DNA of 64,000 bases. Origin: Botryllus schlosseri (taxonomy: Eukaryota). The DNA is taken from the NCBI GenBank assembly GCA_051294905.1, contig CM119373.1:1118001-1182000 (forward strand), written 5' to 3'. Under the pieces are notes generated by a model, which was given only the letters and a program-made list of their open reading frames with translations, was not told the DNA's origin and did no database searches. A program made the position numbers and the translations under genes. This document shows, piece by piece, positions 25,000 to 37,520 of this stretch (positions are counted from its first letter, which is position 1; the number at the start of each line of letters is the position of its first letter).

Positions 25000-27174
25000 C
25001 TGATATCATCCATAAGTCAGTTTTTCTTTTCTTTAGCAATTGTCATATAATTCGGACCCTCTCTGTCTTTCAGCGTTCCCTTTATTTGAATTCAAAACGA
25101 CTATCACTTTTTATACAGTTGCACTATGTTCCAGAATAGCTATAACCATAAACTCTTGTGACCTCAGCACAGTGTGGAGATCAAACCACTACCTTCGAGT
25201 CACGAGTCACCTTGAGACATTACACATTTCGACCCGAGCCCAGCCAAGTAGCCTACCGTCAAGTCATCATTCAAGCCAAATTGAATTTTCGAAGTATGCA
25301 TGATTGCATGATGATGCAAAGTCACTACACTTTGCCAACTGGGTGTAGGACAAATTAATTGGTCATTTATCTTGAATCAAATACTGAATAAACTTAAATA
25401 TACATACGCTCTGATCTTCGATGACGTAACCTCGGTGTAACAATGCCAGCCTCGTCCGTGCGTAGATGCGGTCTGTCTAAGCTTCAATTCCTCCGCTTCG
25501 TGTTGGAGTCCGAATTGGACTGGCTAGATGGTGATTCGAGGCTGCTTATATGCATTTCTGTTTCAAAAACAAACAAGGACTTCCCTGCCAAGAGCTGGCT
25601 ATAAGTTTCGGGCCCAGTTCGTGATGAGTTATTTTCTTTTTAATCTTTTTATGAATCACAGTTCGTGCTGCAGCCGCGGCCATTAACTAATTGTTTTCGG
25701 CTCTATCAGCTACCAAAATGGCACAGCTTCGTGTGCGAGTTAATCTCCCTCATCATTATAAATGACCCATTATAACGACTTCGTGCACGAGCAGAAATGA
25801 CTAAGTGTCACGATTCGGCCTCGGCTCCTTATTTGGATAGAAACATCGGTCGCCCTTTTTGATTTTGTGCCAACCCAATACATTGCAGTACCTCGCTCGC
25901 TGCAATCACCTTTCCCCCGCTCAGGGAAATACATTACCTTTGGGTTGTCAGTCCTTTTACAAGCTTACTCAGCAACCCACACACAACAACGTCTAACAAC
26001 AAGAATTCTTCAATTCGGGTTTTCATGCGAAGCCTAGCTGGAACTCCGGGATCCTAGTATTTTTAGGCGTCAGAGGCATACCCTGTACGACCTTAGCTTG
26101 GCTGGCCCATAATTGGTCGAAGCGACGACCTAGCGCATCACAAATAGCCCCCCTTTTTTATTAAAAGGGCGACTTTTGTTCATATATTTCTTTAGGTCGC
26201 CAGCGGGCGCTGTTGTTTCATTATGCGCACACGAAATTCATTCGAGGCTCTCCTAAACTGAATTATAGCATAGAGCAGTGCTCTTCAACCTTTTTCGACG
26301 TGGTACACCCTTTTAACGTTTGCTCAAAACTCGTACACCCCTGGTCTTCAAAATGACTTTTTTCCTCAAATCGTACTGGCTACTTGATAAAATTGGTAGG
26401 TTACCTAACTTGCCTACACACCAAATTTGGTTCAATTCCAACCAGTAGCCGCATGGCTACGGGACAAGAAAGTTGCTATTTATTATATAAAAATAAATAA
26501 CGAAAAATGTGAAATTTTTCTGTTGTCTATAAAAATGATGTTCTTCAAATTTGATTCCATTCCAACCAGTAGAAGCGGAGTTATTGCCGTCAAAAAAATT
26601 GGATTTGAATAAAATAGTATTTGGTCACAGAGTTTATTCGCAGCCAGTTAGGCCGCCAGCCACGCAAATTGGAATTTATTTCGTGTCAGCCCCAAAACAG
26701 CATGACATTACGAACGATAATCAACCTAAATGTAACAGTATTGGGGAGAAAGTAAGTGAAGCTACTGCTGCAGAAGCGGTAATTCAGATCAGCGATGATA
26801 GCAGGCGCACCAGCCTACTGCGTATCAGGCCTGCCTCACACCACACACAGTCGATAGTAGCACATGGGCTGGAAGAGATGTCAGTAACCTCAGATCGTAT
26901 GCCGCTATACACAGTCTATTGTCGCTAATTGGCATCACTAATAACAAAATACTAAATTGCAAATGTATGGCGAAAGATTGGATATAAAATCGGCATTTTA
27001 AAACAAAAGGGTTTCGATTTCAACACGGAAGGTGTTTCGACCCTGGCTGGCTACGTCACTTCATTCATGTGCATTGCGGTATTTATTAACGCCGGGTAGG
27101 AAGTACCGATTCAAGACGTCTGAGCTATCGCGGCGGTTTCCTCGAAAATCACTTAAAGACAAATGACTATAGCT

Positions 27175-28471
27175 CAGACCTGGGCAAAGTGCGGCCCGCG
27201 AAGCCATCCTGTGCGGCCCGCGAAAGGTTGCTTGGAATTCTTAACATACAACCTGCTTTTTTAACGATGATGCGTGGACTAAAATTTAGGCTGTATCAAC
27301 TAAACAGACAATTCGTTTGCTTTGAAGCCTGTTCATTAATATGTCACGACTACGCTTCCTACATACCTTTCATGCGTACTCCAGATTCAAAATAAAGGCA
27401 TTGTGGCAAAGCATGAGCAACAATTAAATCCATAAGAAATCACTCTTTCCATAGTTTAGATCAAACCTTCTTAGTTGCGATTGTTACATTACGCATTATA
27501 CGGTACGAGTTTCAAATCGTAACGTGAGGCGTTTCCAAATCTGTAGTTGGTAAAACCAGTCAATCAGTGCTCGCCACTGCTATATGACTCATCAATCATC
27601 ATCATCATCATACCTAATATCTATCACCCATAAAGGATGAAAGTTCATGTCAAAAAGAGGAAATCGAAAGCTGAAATTCATAGAGGGTTTAGCGCACTAA
27701 TATTTGTATACTGGAGTTAGGGGTAGACCCGTCATTTTAGTTTTTGCCAATCATGTCGGCGGAAGTAAGGGTTTGAATTATGACAAAAACACAAATCTCT
27801 CGGTCAAGAGAGGGCGAACTTCAGGAAAACTGCAAACTTCGCTCAACATCAAGGCTATTCGAGCTGCACACTACTCGGAATACAGCGACCAAAGCGACCA
27901 AAATTTGTACTATCCCATATACATTTCAGTGCAGTGGCTCTCGAACTGGGGGCCGCGAAAGCATCTGAAGGGAGGCGCGAAGCCGAAGTTAAATGTATTT
28001 TTTTTTTCGCGCCCCGCGCGATCTACTCCAAGCTCATAGTATAGTTATTGCTCTGTGTATTGTCCAAATTTGATATTATAGAATTCCCTCATCAACAACT
28101 ATAACCTTCCACGGCATTAAACCATCCGTTGGATTGGGCGTGAACATTTTCACTATCATGAAGCGGGGCGTTCCTAAAATAAGTTCGAGAACAACTGTTT
28201 TAGTGTCTTAATAGAAGAACGTCGATAGGGGTTTAAAAAGAGTTAAAAACGTATCATATTTAACATTGTTTCGAATCATGACGGCAGATAGCTATTTCAT
28301 TAATTAACCGCCACTTTCTCATTAGCTAACATACACTGAGCAGCATATATTAACAATATAATTTAGAAATTGAAACACACTGGATAATATAGCTAAAAAT
28401 TTCCACTCGGCCCGCCAACGTATTATCTACTTCTCATTTGGCCCGCGGAGTAAAATAATTGCCCACCCCTG
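27175..28471. mobile_element. hAT/Charlie-type MITE (middle layer of nest)
   Basis: CAGACCTGGGCAA...TTGCCCACCCCTG termini, GCGGCCCGCG subterminal motifs and perfect TSD CTATAGCT (27167-27174, 28472-28479). Confidence 0.9.
27932..28197. mobile_element. hAT-type MITE (inner layer of nest)
   Basis: CAGTGGCTCTCGAACT...AGTTCGAGAACAACTG with TSD TTTCAGTG/TTTTAGTG (7/8). Confidence 0.82.
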
Positions 28472-30189
28472 CTATAGCTGAACACATGTTTGTTAACTGC
28501 ATACTTTCCAACACCAAACGGAACCATTGGTCTATTGCCGACGGCTAAATGAATAGGAGAAATATTTGCTTATGACATCACAATCAAGCGGTGTACAGTA
28601 TTACCCAGGGATATCCAGAAGTCTAGGAGTTCTAGATATCCCCGAGTATTACCTTTGAGATAACATCGTACCATATTGCTCATTAACCTGTGCGTCAACC
28701 TGTACTGACCCATACATAAACCTGCCTTTGTGATAGCTAGCCATCGGCTCATTGTAATTCGGATCTGGTACACCCCTGTACACCCCATCCGAGTGGTACA
28801 CCCTTTTCAAATTCTGGTACACCCTAGGGTGTACGACCACCTCGGTTGAAGAGCACTGGCATAGAGAGTACCGCACGAATAATTTGTATCTTCTTTGTAC
28901 GGGCGAAACCAGAATACATATATTCTTGCGCGCTGTGTCAAATACATGCGACATCATATGCCAACGATTGTTAACACACGGCGTTGATCACCCGAATTTA
29001 GTGCGAGTTTAGAATCCTGGACTATTGTTGATTTTCCTGAGGTGAATTTATTGAAATTCAACGTCGAGTTAACTTTATGTTTTCTTTCACCGAATAGTTG
29101 CAAAATTGCGGAGTTTAAAAAGGTGTTAAGATGGGATGGTGTTTGATTTGTGATCAATGCATTTTATTCAAACTCGTCTTACCGTATTTGATCCATAAAT
29201 GATCATAACAGTAGTTTGTGACATCGGCGGCCTAACAATCAGCTTCCTTTAGGCTACTGATGTGCCGTGAGTAGTTATTGTAATCGCATCTCTTTGGTAT
29301 CGAGTTTACCGTATGGCAGCGATTATGAAATTTGACTCCTTATAACTTCCTGAATTCGCATCACATCAAGCGCTAACCGTTATTTTGAAATATGTGGTTG
29401 CCGTGAATCATAGGCTACCGCTGTCGACCTCAAACTCCGCTTTATTTAAAATTGCCGACAACTTATTCCACTCGTCAACTTTGTTTGTTTCTGGCAAGTA
29501 TTGTTGGTACACGTATTCTACATTAATAACTTCAAGTTCAGAATACTCCACTCTACAATTCTACCATTTTCTTTATGCTTACGCGTCAAATTTTGGTTGT
29601 GTTAAATTCATTTGTTCCATATAAGTTCAAATAAACTTTAATAAAATATATGCCTCGTCATAACACACTTCTTTTACAACCATTCTCTCGAATTTCATAC
29701 AGTGTTCACCGTGTAACAGAGGGTACTAGGTATATGAGAACCAATACTTCTTAATAAAGTTATGTTTCATTTTTTTTTGCTGTCCGATTGTTAGTTTGCT
29801 TTGCTGATAGTAATGTTCCAATTTATAATGTTGTATTCTGTTATTAAGGTATCGTTTTCATCGTATTTTACCTTATAATTGTATTATAATGTTAGGCAAA
29901 ATCGTGCTTCATCCCCTGGCACGTTTTTGGTCATAACTTTTTTTCCCCAAGGTAAAAAAAATGACAAAACCCATCATTGAAAAGCTGATAAAATTATCTT
30001 TCCAACGGTATATAATACGTCTGCATAAGAACTTTTTCTAGGTTGAACCAAAATTCTACAGAACTATTACTATACGAATCTTCGATAGCAATTCACATAT
30101 TAAAACCTACCACAATTCTGAGAAAAAATAGAAGTACTTCATGACTGTCACCACTGCGTTCTACGTCAGTCCCACAAGTCTAGAAACAA

Positions 30190-31461
30190 TGCAAAGATGT
30201 CCACATGCTATAGTTATATTCATTTATGTTTATTTCACATCGTTTACACGTCACGGCCTCTCCCATTTTCGATGCAATTCAACGGTGATCCATCGTTTGA
30301 TTGACGATTCCGCAGAACATTTGGGCGTTTAGTCAACTCCAACTTCGTGATGGGGTTTCTAATAATCGGACGATTGAGATTTGGATATGTGTTTTCGATG
30401 CGTCGCCCGAATTCGACACCTTTCATACGAAGTACGTACTCGCATTGCGGAAACCATTTAGCATGTTCCGTCCAAACCTCGTCTGTCCGGTCCCACCGAA
30501 GTCCACCATTGCTGTAAAAACATTTTGTCTTGTCCGAATCGATGTAATAAAACCCCGCATTTGCTAGTTGCTCAACGCTAGCATTGATTTTAGCGGGATC
30601 CCAACCTTCGTCGAAGGTTGCTATTCTTCGTGACAAGGACGACATTACAGGATTCGCGGGGTTTTAGGCAAGGGAATAGTTCAGCAAGATAGTGTTTTTC
30701 ATCCTCGGAGGGCTCATCTGGTTCTTTCACATTGATAGTGAGCCGTCGTATTTTCTCGTGAAGCAAGTCGTCCAAATTCCCGCGGTCGTGCTCAGCTAGT
30801 GCGATATTTCCTGAAAAGCTACCACGCGCGAAAGTACATTTTGGAAAATATGTGTAAGGTGTATTTCCGATACGTCGTCTATGGGTTTCCAGTTGCGAAG
30901 AACACCGAAGCAGCTAAAGCACTGCGTTCTGTCTAAGTTACCGAGATAGAAAAACCCTTGTTTCGCCAACTCGCCTACTGCGTGGGGTATTGGATAGCTA
31001 GGCCATTTCTTGAAGGTTTCGCGTCGCTTCGATTCCCTTTTCAAGTCGAGGTTCTTAATCAAACACGCGTGTTCTCGGTCAATGATATTCGCAAGTTTTA
31101 TGTCGCTGTTATTGACTTGCGGTGTCTCGATTTGGAGCTTAAACCCCCGTAATAGACTCCTGAAGTTCGATCTTTCAACGGGAATATTGAATACGTGTCG
31201 AACACAGCTCGCTTCGTGACAACTTACATTCGAATCCTTTTCAACCCATTTTTCGAGTGAAATACTGCATCCGAAACATTTAATTTTGTCTTCGAACCCT
31301 AGCCAGTAATATCCGTCAGATGCTAAATCTGCACGTTTTGGGTATGATAATCTCGAAAACCTGGCGAACGTTGCGAGTCTATATAATTCGGAGAGGTGAG
31401 AGCCCGACGCGATATATACACATCCTTGTACTGGCGGATCCGGATCGAAGTGTTTTTCCAT
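30190..31461 (-). pseudogene. Inhibitor of apoptosis (3 BIR + truncated RING), intronless, frameshifted
   Basis: BIR1 ELYRLATF...KIKCFGC...W...H...C; BIR2 RRETFKKWP...LAKQGFFYLGNLDRTQCFSC...W...H; BIR3 RRIATF...LANAGFYY...KCFYS...EHAKWFPQC; RING remnant CKRC...ACGHLC near 30250-30190. Split across ORFs 30796-31461, 30590-30775 and 30244-30645. Confidence 0.92.
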
Positions 31462-33302
31462 AACAGTCTCTCATTTTGGGAAACTATTTGAGAAATATAT
31501 CATCCTAAAAACACACAAAACCATTACTACGAATCTTCGATAGCAATTCACATATTGGCAACAATAATGTCATTTGCTGTGAATTCAAAACCATAGGTGA
31601 ATATTGAAATGTCACGAAGACAGAGCTCGTTCTCTGGGTAATTTTTAATCTTAGGTGCTGACTTTTTCCGGCAAATTACCATCGCCAAAGGAGCGATACA
31701 AGACACTTAATGTCAATACAAAAACGAACGGACAACATAATTAGCAGGACTTACCTTGCAAATATGCGTATTGCATGAAAACAGATTGTTTTCAGACAGC
31801 AATATGGGAGACAGGTGTTTATTTCCATCGACAAAGAGCAGTTGGCACGCACTTGGTTATCACACTGATATTTCATAAGGAGATCCGATATCGATAAATA
31901 GCATTAAATGTGCGAACAATGCAACTGTTACTGGCCATATCGATTCATAAACAATATTCTGCTACCACGACAACTTTTCAAGTGACTCAACGTTGTAATG
32001 CTCACTCTTAGTATAGGTATTTGAATAAGTTTTTATGTATGGCATTCGATTCTACCGTCATATGTCTTAGTTCAACAACTTGGATACGAATTATAGCTAC
32101 ACAAACGTTTTATAGTCGAGAATCTACTGTTTGGGGTAGTCACACAAGATCAGAACTATAACGAATCGCACCATTTTCACGAACGTCAGCGTTGACATCG
32201 GAATATTCTGTAATCCATTATAGATCACAAGCTTCTTTTCACGAGTTTCATTCTCACATCGGGAGATCAGTAATAATCGGCTCTATGTCGTCGCTTTCGG
32301 GAATATACAAGGAAACACTCCGAAATAGAATATTTATAATAGAGAGGTAAACAATCAGATTTGACCATCTTCTCATATGGTTATTCGATCAACTGCCATG
32401 GACGCTCTCGATACACCAGCCTCTGAATTACAAGGCATCGGTGCTGTATTCCAAGCCATATATAAGAGTCTCGTATAATAATGCACGGCGGTTTCCGCTG
32501 AATATTTGAGACACACATTTTTTTTTTGACCGTCACGCTCTGCAAGAGACCGTATTTTAATGCTCAACGAAAATGATCCCCTAAAACTACTTGAAGTGGA
32601 AGTAGAATTGACTGCCTTTACATCTACTCAAGTAAGTAAGTAGTTTTGAAAACAGTCTTAATCTGTTCGCATGGACTGTCAAAATCTGCGAATCGAGCTA
32701 TGTGGCAGGGGCAGAGAGCTTGATTCGTATTAATGCATCATGGGAGGTATCAATTCCCGACAGAATAAGCATTGTTTCGCATCATGGGCATGCAATTTAT
32801 AGTATTGATATGAAAAGGCGACACCAACACTTTGTTTACTAGAAGACCCCGTTTTTAGAGAATATCATGGCATGGCGCCCTGCCTTATATTATAAGGCCC
32901 CAAGTTTAGGCGAACAGCAACACGTGGAAGTTGTATCGGATACGGTTTCATCACTTTTACGTGATTAGTATACGGTAATAACAAATATTGTGGATCGTTA
33001 AAGTTATATTTATGGCCGTATTACGAAAACAAGGATTAATTCGAGAATTGCGTAATACTCGGATAGAAACTCGGCCTACAGTAAACTCCGGTTGGTATTA
33101 CGAAAAAAATGTAATTCGTCGCCTACTCAATACTCGCATTACATGTAATTCGCGTCATATATCTTGGTCATATTTGCGATACCGGTACATGAATTTATCG
33201 TTACGCGAGCGGTTCGTGTTTTCACGGTGATTTTCAGCATCAATGATCGATTGATCGGTCATACCTGGCTCATCTTATAGAACAACAAAAGGAGCATGTC
33301 AC

Positions 33303-33892
33303 TATAGAAATTAAACATGGAACGGCAACGACCGATTTTGCAGCTTCGTTCCGCTTCGCCGAGGCTGGAGTGGAGAGTGGTTTTGCGTAAGCGACTGTAG
33401 GATTTCTGGCAATCCAAAAGCTATCTTCCCGGGCACAGAAGTTATTGAATATGGTCTTGATCGAAAGCCACTGCTGCACCGATTCCGAAAATATAAAGTA
33501 AAATAATGATCAGGCACTGATCCACCTAGAATCCGTCCTCCAAGTCGAAATATCGGCATTGTTCGAACAATCGGAGAGTCGCAATGAGTCATTGTTATGG
33601 TCATTGTGTTGCGGTTACCCGATTGTTCTGAACAATGCCGATATTTCAGACTTGGAGGACAGATTCTAGGTGGATCAGTGCCTGATCATTATTTAAATTT
33701 ATATTTTCGGAATCAGTTCAACAGTAGCTTTCGATCAAGACCAGATTCAATAATTTCTGCGCTCGGGAAGATAGCTTTTGGACTGCCAGAAATCCTACAG
33801 TCGCTTACGCAAAACCACTCTCCACTCCAGCCTCGGCGAAGCGGAACGAAGCTGCAAAATCGGTCGTTGCCGTTCCATGTTTAATTTCTATA
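33303..33892. mobile_element. Foldback MITE (near-perfect 590-bp palindrome)
   Basis: Arms ~33303-33585 and ~33608-33892 are reverse complements, flanked by the direct repeat ATGTCAC (33296-33302, 33893-33899). Confidence 0.88.
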
Positions 33893-34224
33893 ATGTCACT
33901 ATAGATAACTCAGGTAATACATTCCATTTCGATGGTTGCCCGTACGTACAGTAGGGTGCCAAATTTGGGAATTTGGGAATATTTCAAGGCTGTTTCGCAG
34001 TATGTATTCGTGTACCTAAGGAACAGTTCAGGATTACTAAAGGAAGCATATGATGTCTAACGATCAATAAATCGTTATCTTGCAATAAATTTTGAGTTAC
34101 GCTACTGCATCTGCTATCGTTACAAAACTGACGGCGGTGTAAACCTTGCTGTGGTGAAGCTATTACTTTTTAACGATTAGCTATTTTTCTTAGTTCTCTA
34201 GTTCATAGCCACAAGATTTTAAAT

Positions 34225-34890
34225 ATGGATTCAAGTGTTGAAAAGAGGACAAACTATTCAGAGTATGAAAAAGAGTTTTTGCTGAATTTGGTGGAAAAGT
34301 GGCCTATATTAAAGGACAAATCAACAAATAAATTTACAAACAATTCCAAGGAGTTGGCCTGGACAAAGATTCAGGTTGAGTTTAATATGGATAGCCATAC
34401 ACGGCAAATTGACAATTGGATGAAGCTAAGAGCTCAATATAAGAACCTGAAGGCAAAGGCGGGAAAAGAAATGACAAAGAAAATGTGAAGACTGGTGGTG
34501 GATCCTTCAAGGATAAAGAATTAACTCCAATTTCGCAGCAGTTTTGTAGGCCTACTTCTTTTGCCACTCTTCGGTGTACATTGGCATCACTCAGTGAACA
34601 TTGAAACATATCTCAATCTTGAATTGAAATCGGAATATATTATTGCTGCATGAATTTTGTGACAGAACAACAACAGAACAAGACATATTGGTATCTTTTC
34701 AGATGATACGTCGATATCTGCACCTCCTAAACCAACCTGTTCTGGAAAGAGGAAACTTGCTCAGCAGTCTAAATCCCGGAATGAGCTGTACAGATTGCAA
34801 GCAATCAAACTAAAAAAACAGATAGAGCTCCTAAACAAAAAGCTGAAATTGGCAGAAATGGAACTTGAACAGCGTTCCATCAAAAAGTAG
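34225..34890 (+). pseudogene. Harbinger Myb/SANT-like DNA-binding protein
   Basis: KRTNYSEYEKEFLLNLV...KELAWTKIQVEFN...LRAQYKNLKAKA. The expected KTGGG is out of frame near 34488. Final coiled-coil exon 34703-34890. Confidence 0.85.
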
Positions 34891-35974
34891 ACGTGATTAA
34901 TAGATATTTTTGAAGAGTCGTAATGCTCGTTCCTAACAGCTTCATTATTTCGTTTTAGCCAGCACTGTTCTTTTGTGATTTAATATATTTTCTTTATTGC
35001 AATAGAATTGGATCCATATCGCCGCTGTGGAATCAAAGTAGCTATTGGCCATTTTTGTAAGATTTTTATTCTCTTTTGATAACATCATGGCCATGACCAT
35101 GTCTATTTTTGTGTGTCACATTGTTTCTAACATGAACATGGTCAAGATATGACCGAAGAAAATTAGACACGTTCGATTCCAGAGCGATAATACGTTTGTA
35201 TTCCAATACTGTGCTGCAAAGGGCTAATTGTCGAATATATTTTTGTACTGTGGTTCTACTTTGCTACTGCTAAAATGTCTCATTACTAGAGCGATTTTTT
35301 TACCTAAAAACGGCTGCTTCTGCTTCACTTAAGATACTGCAGTATGTTGAGTGTAACACCACATCAACCTAAAATTTGTTGCATTTGGCGTTTATGATTC
35401 ACAATAGGCCGTCTAAAGCGGTAGGGGCTACACAAGCTGTAAAATGTCAATAAGTTCACCGAGAGCGCAGGTGAAACGAATGCAGGTTGCAAAAAATTTC
35501 GACATTATTTTGACAATATTGACATGTTGGATATATTGCCATACTCATTACCAATGTCATGCTGATTATACTGTGCTTGCTTATATGTTTCTTTGTTCTG
35601 CCACTCAATAAAGTTTCTTTGTGCTGGGCTGCTGCTCAATAAAAGAGTGCTTCAGACATCTAGTATTATTCATTCCACTGCAGGTACCATTTAAATCAGC
35701 AATAGCAAACAATCTGTAGAATTGTGACAAGGTATATTTACTAGTAGTAACTTGTCAATATGTATTTCAGTAGTAAGATAAGAACCATGTCAAATAGCCA
35801 TTGTATCATTGTAACGGAATAAAATTTCCAAGATTAATCCAATTTGAAGGCTTATTTTTGCTTATGTCAGGGAGATTGGAGATTGAACAATGGAAATTGT
35901 TTTTTTAGGAAACATCTATTCAAAAACTGTACAGTTATCTTATCATTCGCAACTGCACCACATCACATTCGGTT

Positions 35975-37520
35975 CTACGCAGATGAAAAGTGCAATCTTA
36001 TCAGCTGCTGACGGATCGCAGAAGCTTGTGCGTAGTCTGTACACTGGCCTTGTGGTGTAGAATCACTAGGATCCATTCCATCATCTGTAAATTCATCAAG
36101 TGATGCCTCGATCATGCCACGTTGCCTGAGAAAGTTGTATATGCAGACGCAGGCTGGAATCACGTTCAAAGTTGTGTCGACTTTTAACCTCATGCCTGTT
36201 TTCAGGCAGGAAAATACTCGCTTCAAAACACCAAACGCGCGTTCGATTGTCAATCTGGTCTTTTTGTGGCTTCTGTTGTAACACAGCTCAGGCTCACGCA
36301 AAGGATTGCGTAACGGTGACATTAGATAAGTAGTCAATGGGTAGCCTTGGTCGCCAAGCAACAGTCCATTTGAGGTCGACTGGCTTTCCAGATAACCATA
36401 TAATGCAGAATTATGGAATATCCTTGCATCATGTGTCCGTACCATTTTGCACAAATGTTCGTAAAGACGAGTCTTGCATCACATACAGCCTGAAACATGA
36501 ATGTATGTATTAGTATTGTGAATTACTATTCTATACATCACTTGCATCACTGGACAAAAAAAATTTCATTAAATAGTTATTTTTAAACCACAACAAACAC
36601 CCAAACCAAATTGTATGGTGTAACGTCATGTTTTGTTTGCTAGGAATATTTGCATTATCATCAAGGCAGCAACATAATATGGGGGCTCAGTGTAGTTAGG
36701 CCTACTTATCAGCAACAGCATGACCAATTGACTATCACTAGGCAGTGTTCCCCATGAATATGTCAAAATTTATGGCATTTATGATTGGGTTAAGGTTGCG
36801 GTAGAGGTAACGGTAGAATGTTCCTATCATACCCTATACGAATTATAAATTATAATTATTTTAGTGCAGGTGTTGCCGATATACATCATTATAAACTTCG
36901 GTTATGATATTCACCTGGCAGTTTATGGAAAAGTAACCTTTTCGGTTCCTGAGCCGTTCTGCATTTTCACCACCTGGGCTCTGGATGCGAACATGAGTGC
37001 AATCAATTGCACCTATTACATCTGGAAATGATGCAATAGAGTAAAATTCTTCCTTTACACTGTGCAAGTTCATTTGTGGCCATCGTACGAAAGTCCCTAT
37101 ATTACCAACTATGACGGCCGAAACCTGTGAAAAAAGTACTGGATTTGCAAAAGAACAAACAATCAATCACTGTCAATTCATTACCTCTTTGATCACATTA
37201 GATACAGTCGGCTGCGAAATACCTTCCAAATCAGCAGAAAGCAATTGGAATGACCCACTGCTTGTGAAGCGTAGGAATATGAGCATCTTATGCAGTATTG
37301 GTAGGGCAACACCTTTTCTAGAATGCCTGAAGTCATTCTGAATGACTGCAATAAAGTCATGAAGACCTTGTTTTGTAAAGCGATACCGTTGTCTAAATTC
37401 CGCATCTGTGTTCTTTTCCATCGGGTTCTGCAAATCCGCCAGTCGACGTTTTGGCACTCTTTCAACAGCTTCGCCATCATATTCCTCCTCACAAAACCTC
37501 ATAAACTCCAAAAAGTCCAT
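35975..37520 (-). pseudogene. Harbinger (HARBI1-like) DDE transposase, 3 exons, one frameshift
   Basis: Exons 37520-37185, 37124-36915 and 36489-35975 with GT-AG introns in phase 0. Motifs FRQRYRF, GAIDCTH, NRKGYFSINCQ, THDARIF, LLGDQGY, TIERAFGVLK. Frameshift near 36437 (WYG/THD). Confidence 0.92.

Larger units (their letters stand above)
26276..28858. mobile_element. hAT-type non-autonomous element (outer layer of nest)
   Basis: TIR CAGTGCTCTTCAACC...GGTTGAAGAGCACTG with perfect TSD GCATAGAG (26268-26275, 28859-28866). Confidence 0.92.

Noticed and set aside
25436..26220. Solo LTR (TGTAACA...TGTTTCA)
   Set aside because: Terminal dinucleotides fit, but there is no matching TSD, PBS, PPT or second copy in the window.
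31560..32560. Capsid or other viral structural gene upstream of the IAP
   Set aside because: It looks like decayed coding DNA, but no frame gave a motif I could recognise, so it is left unassigned.
33311..33884. Two near-identical ~96-aa ORFs on opposite strands
   Set aside because: Artefact of the foldback palindrome.
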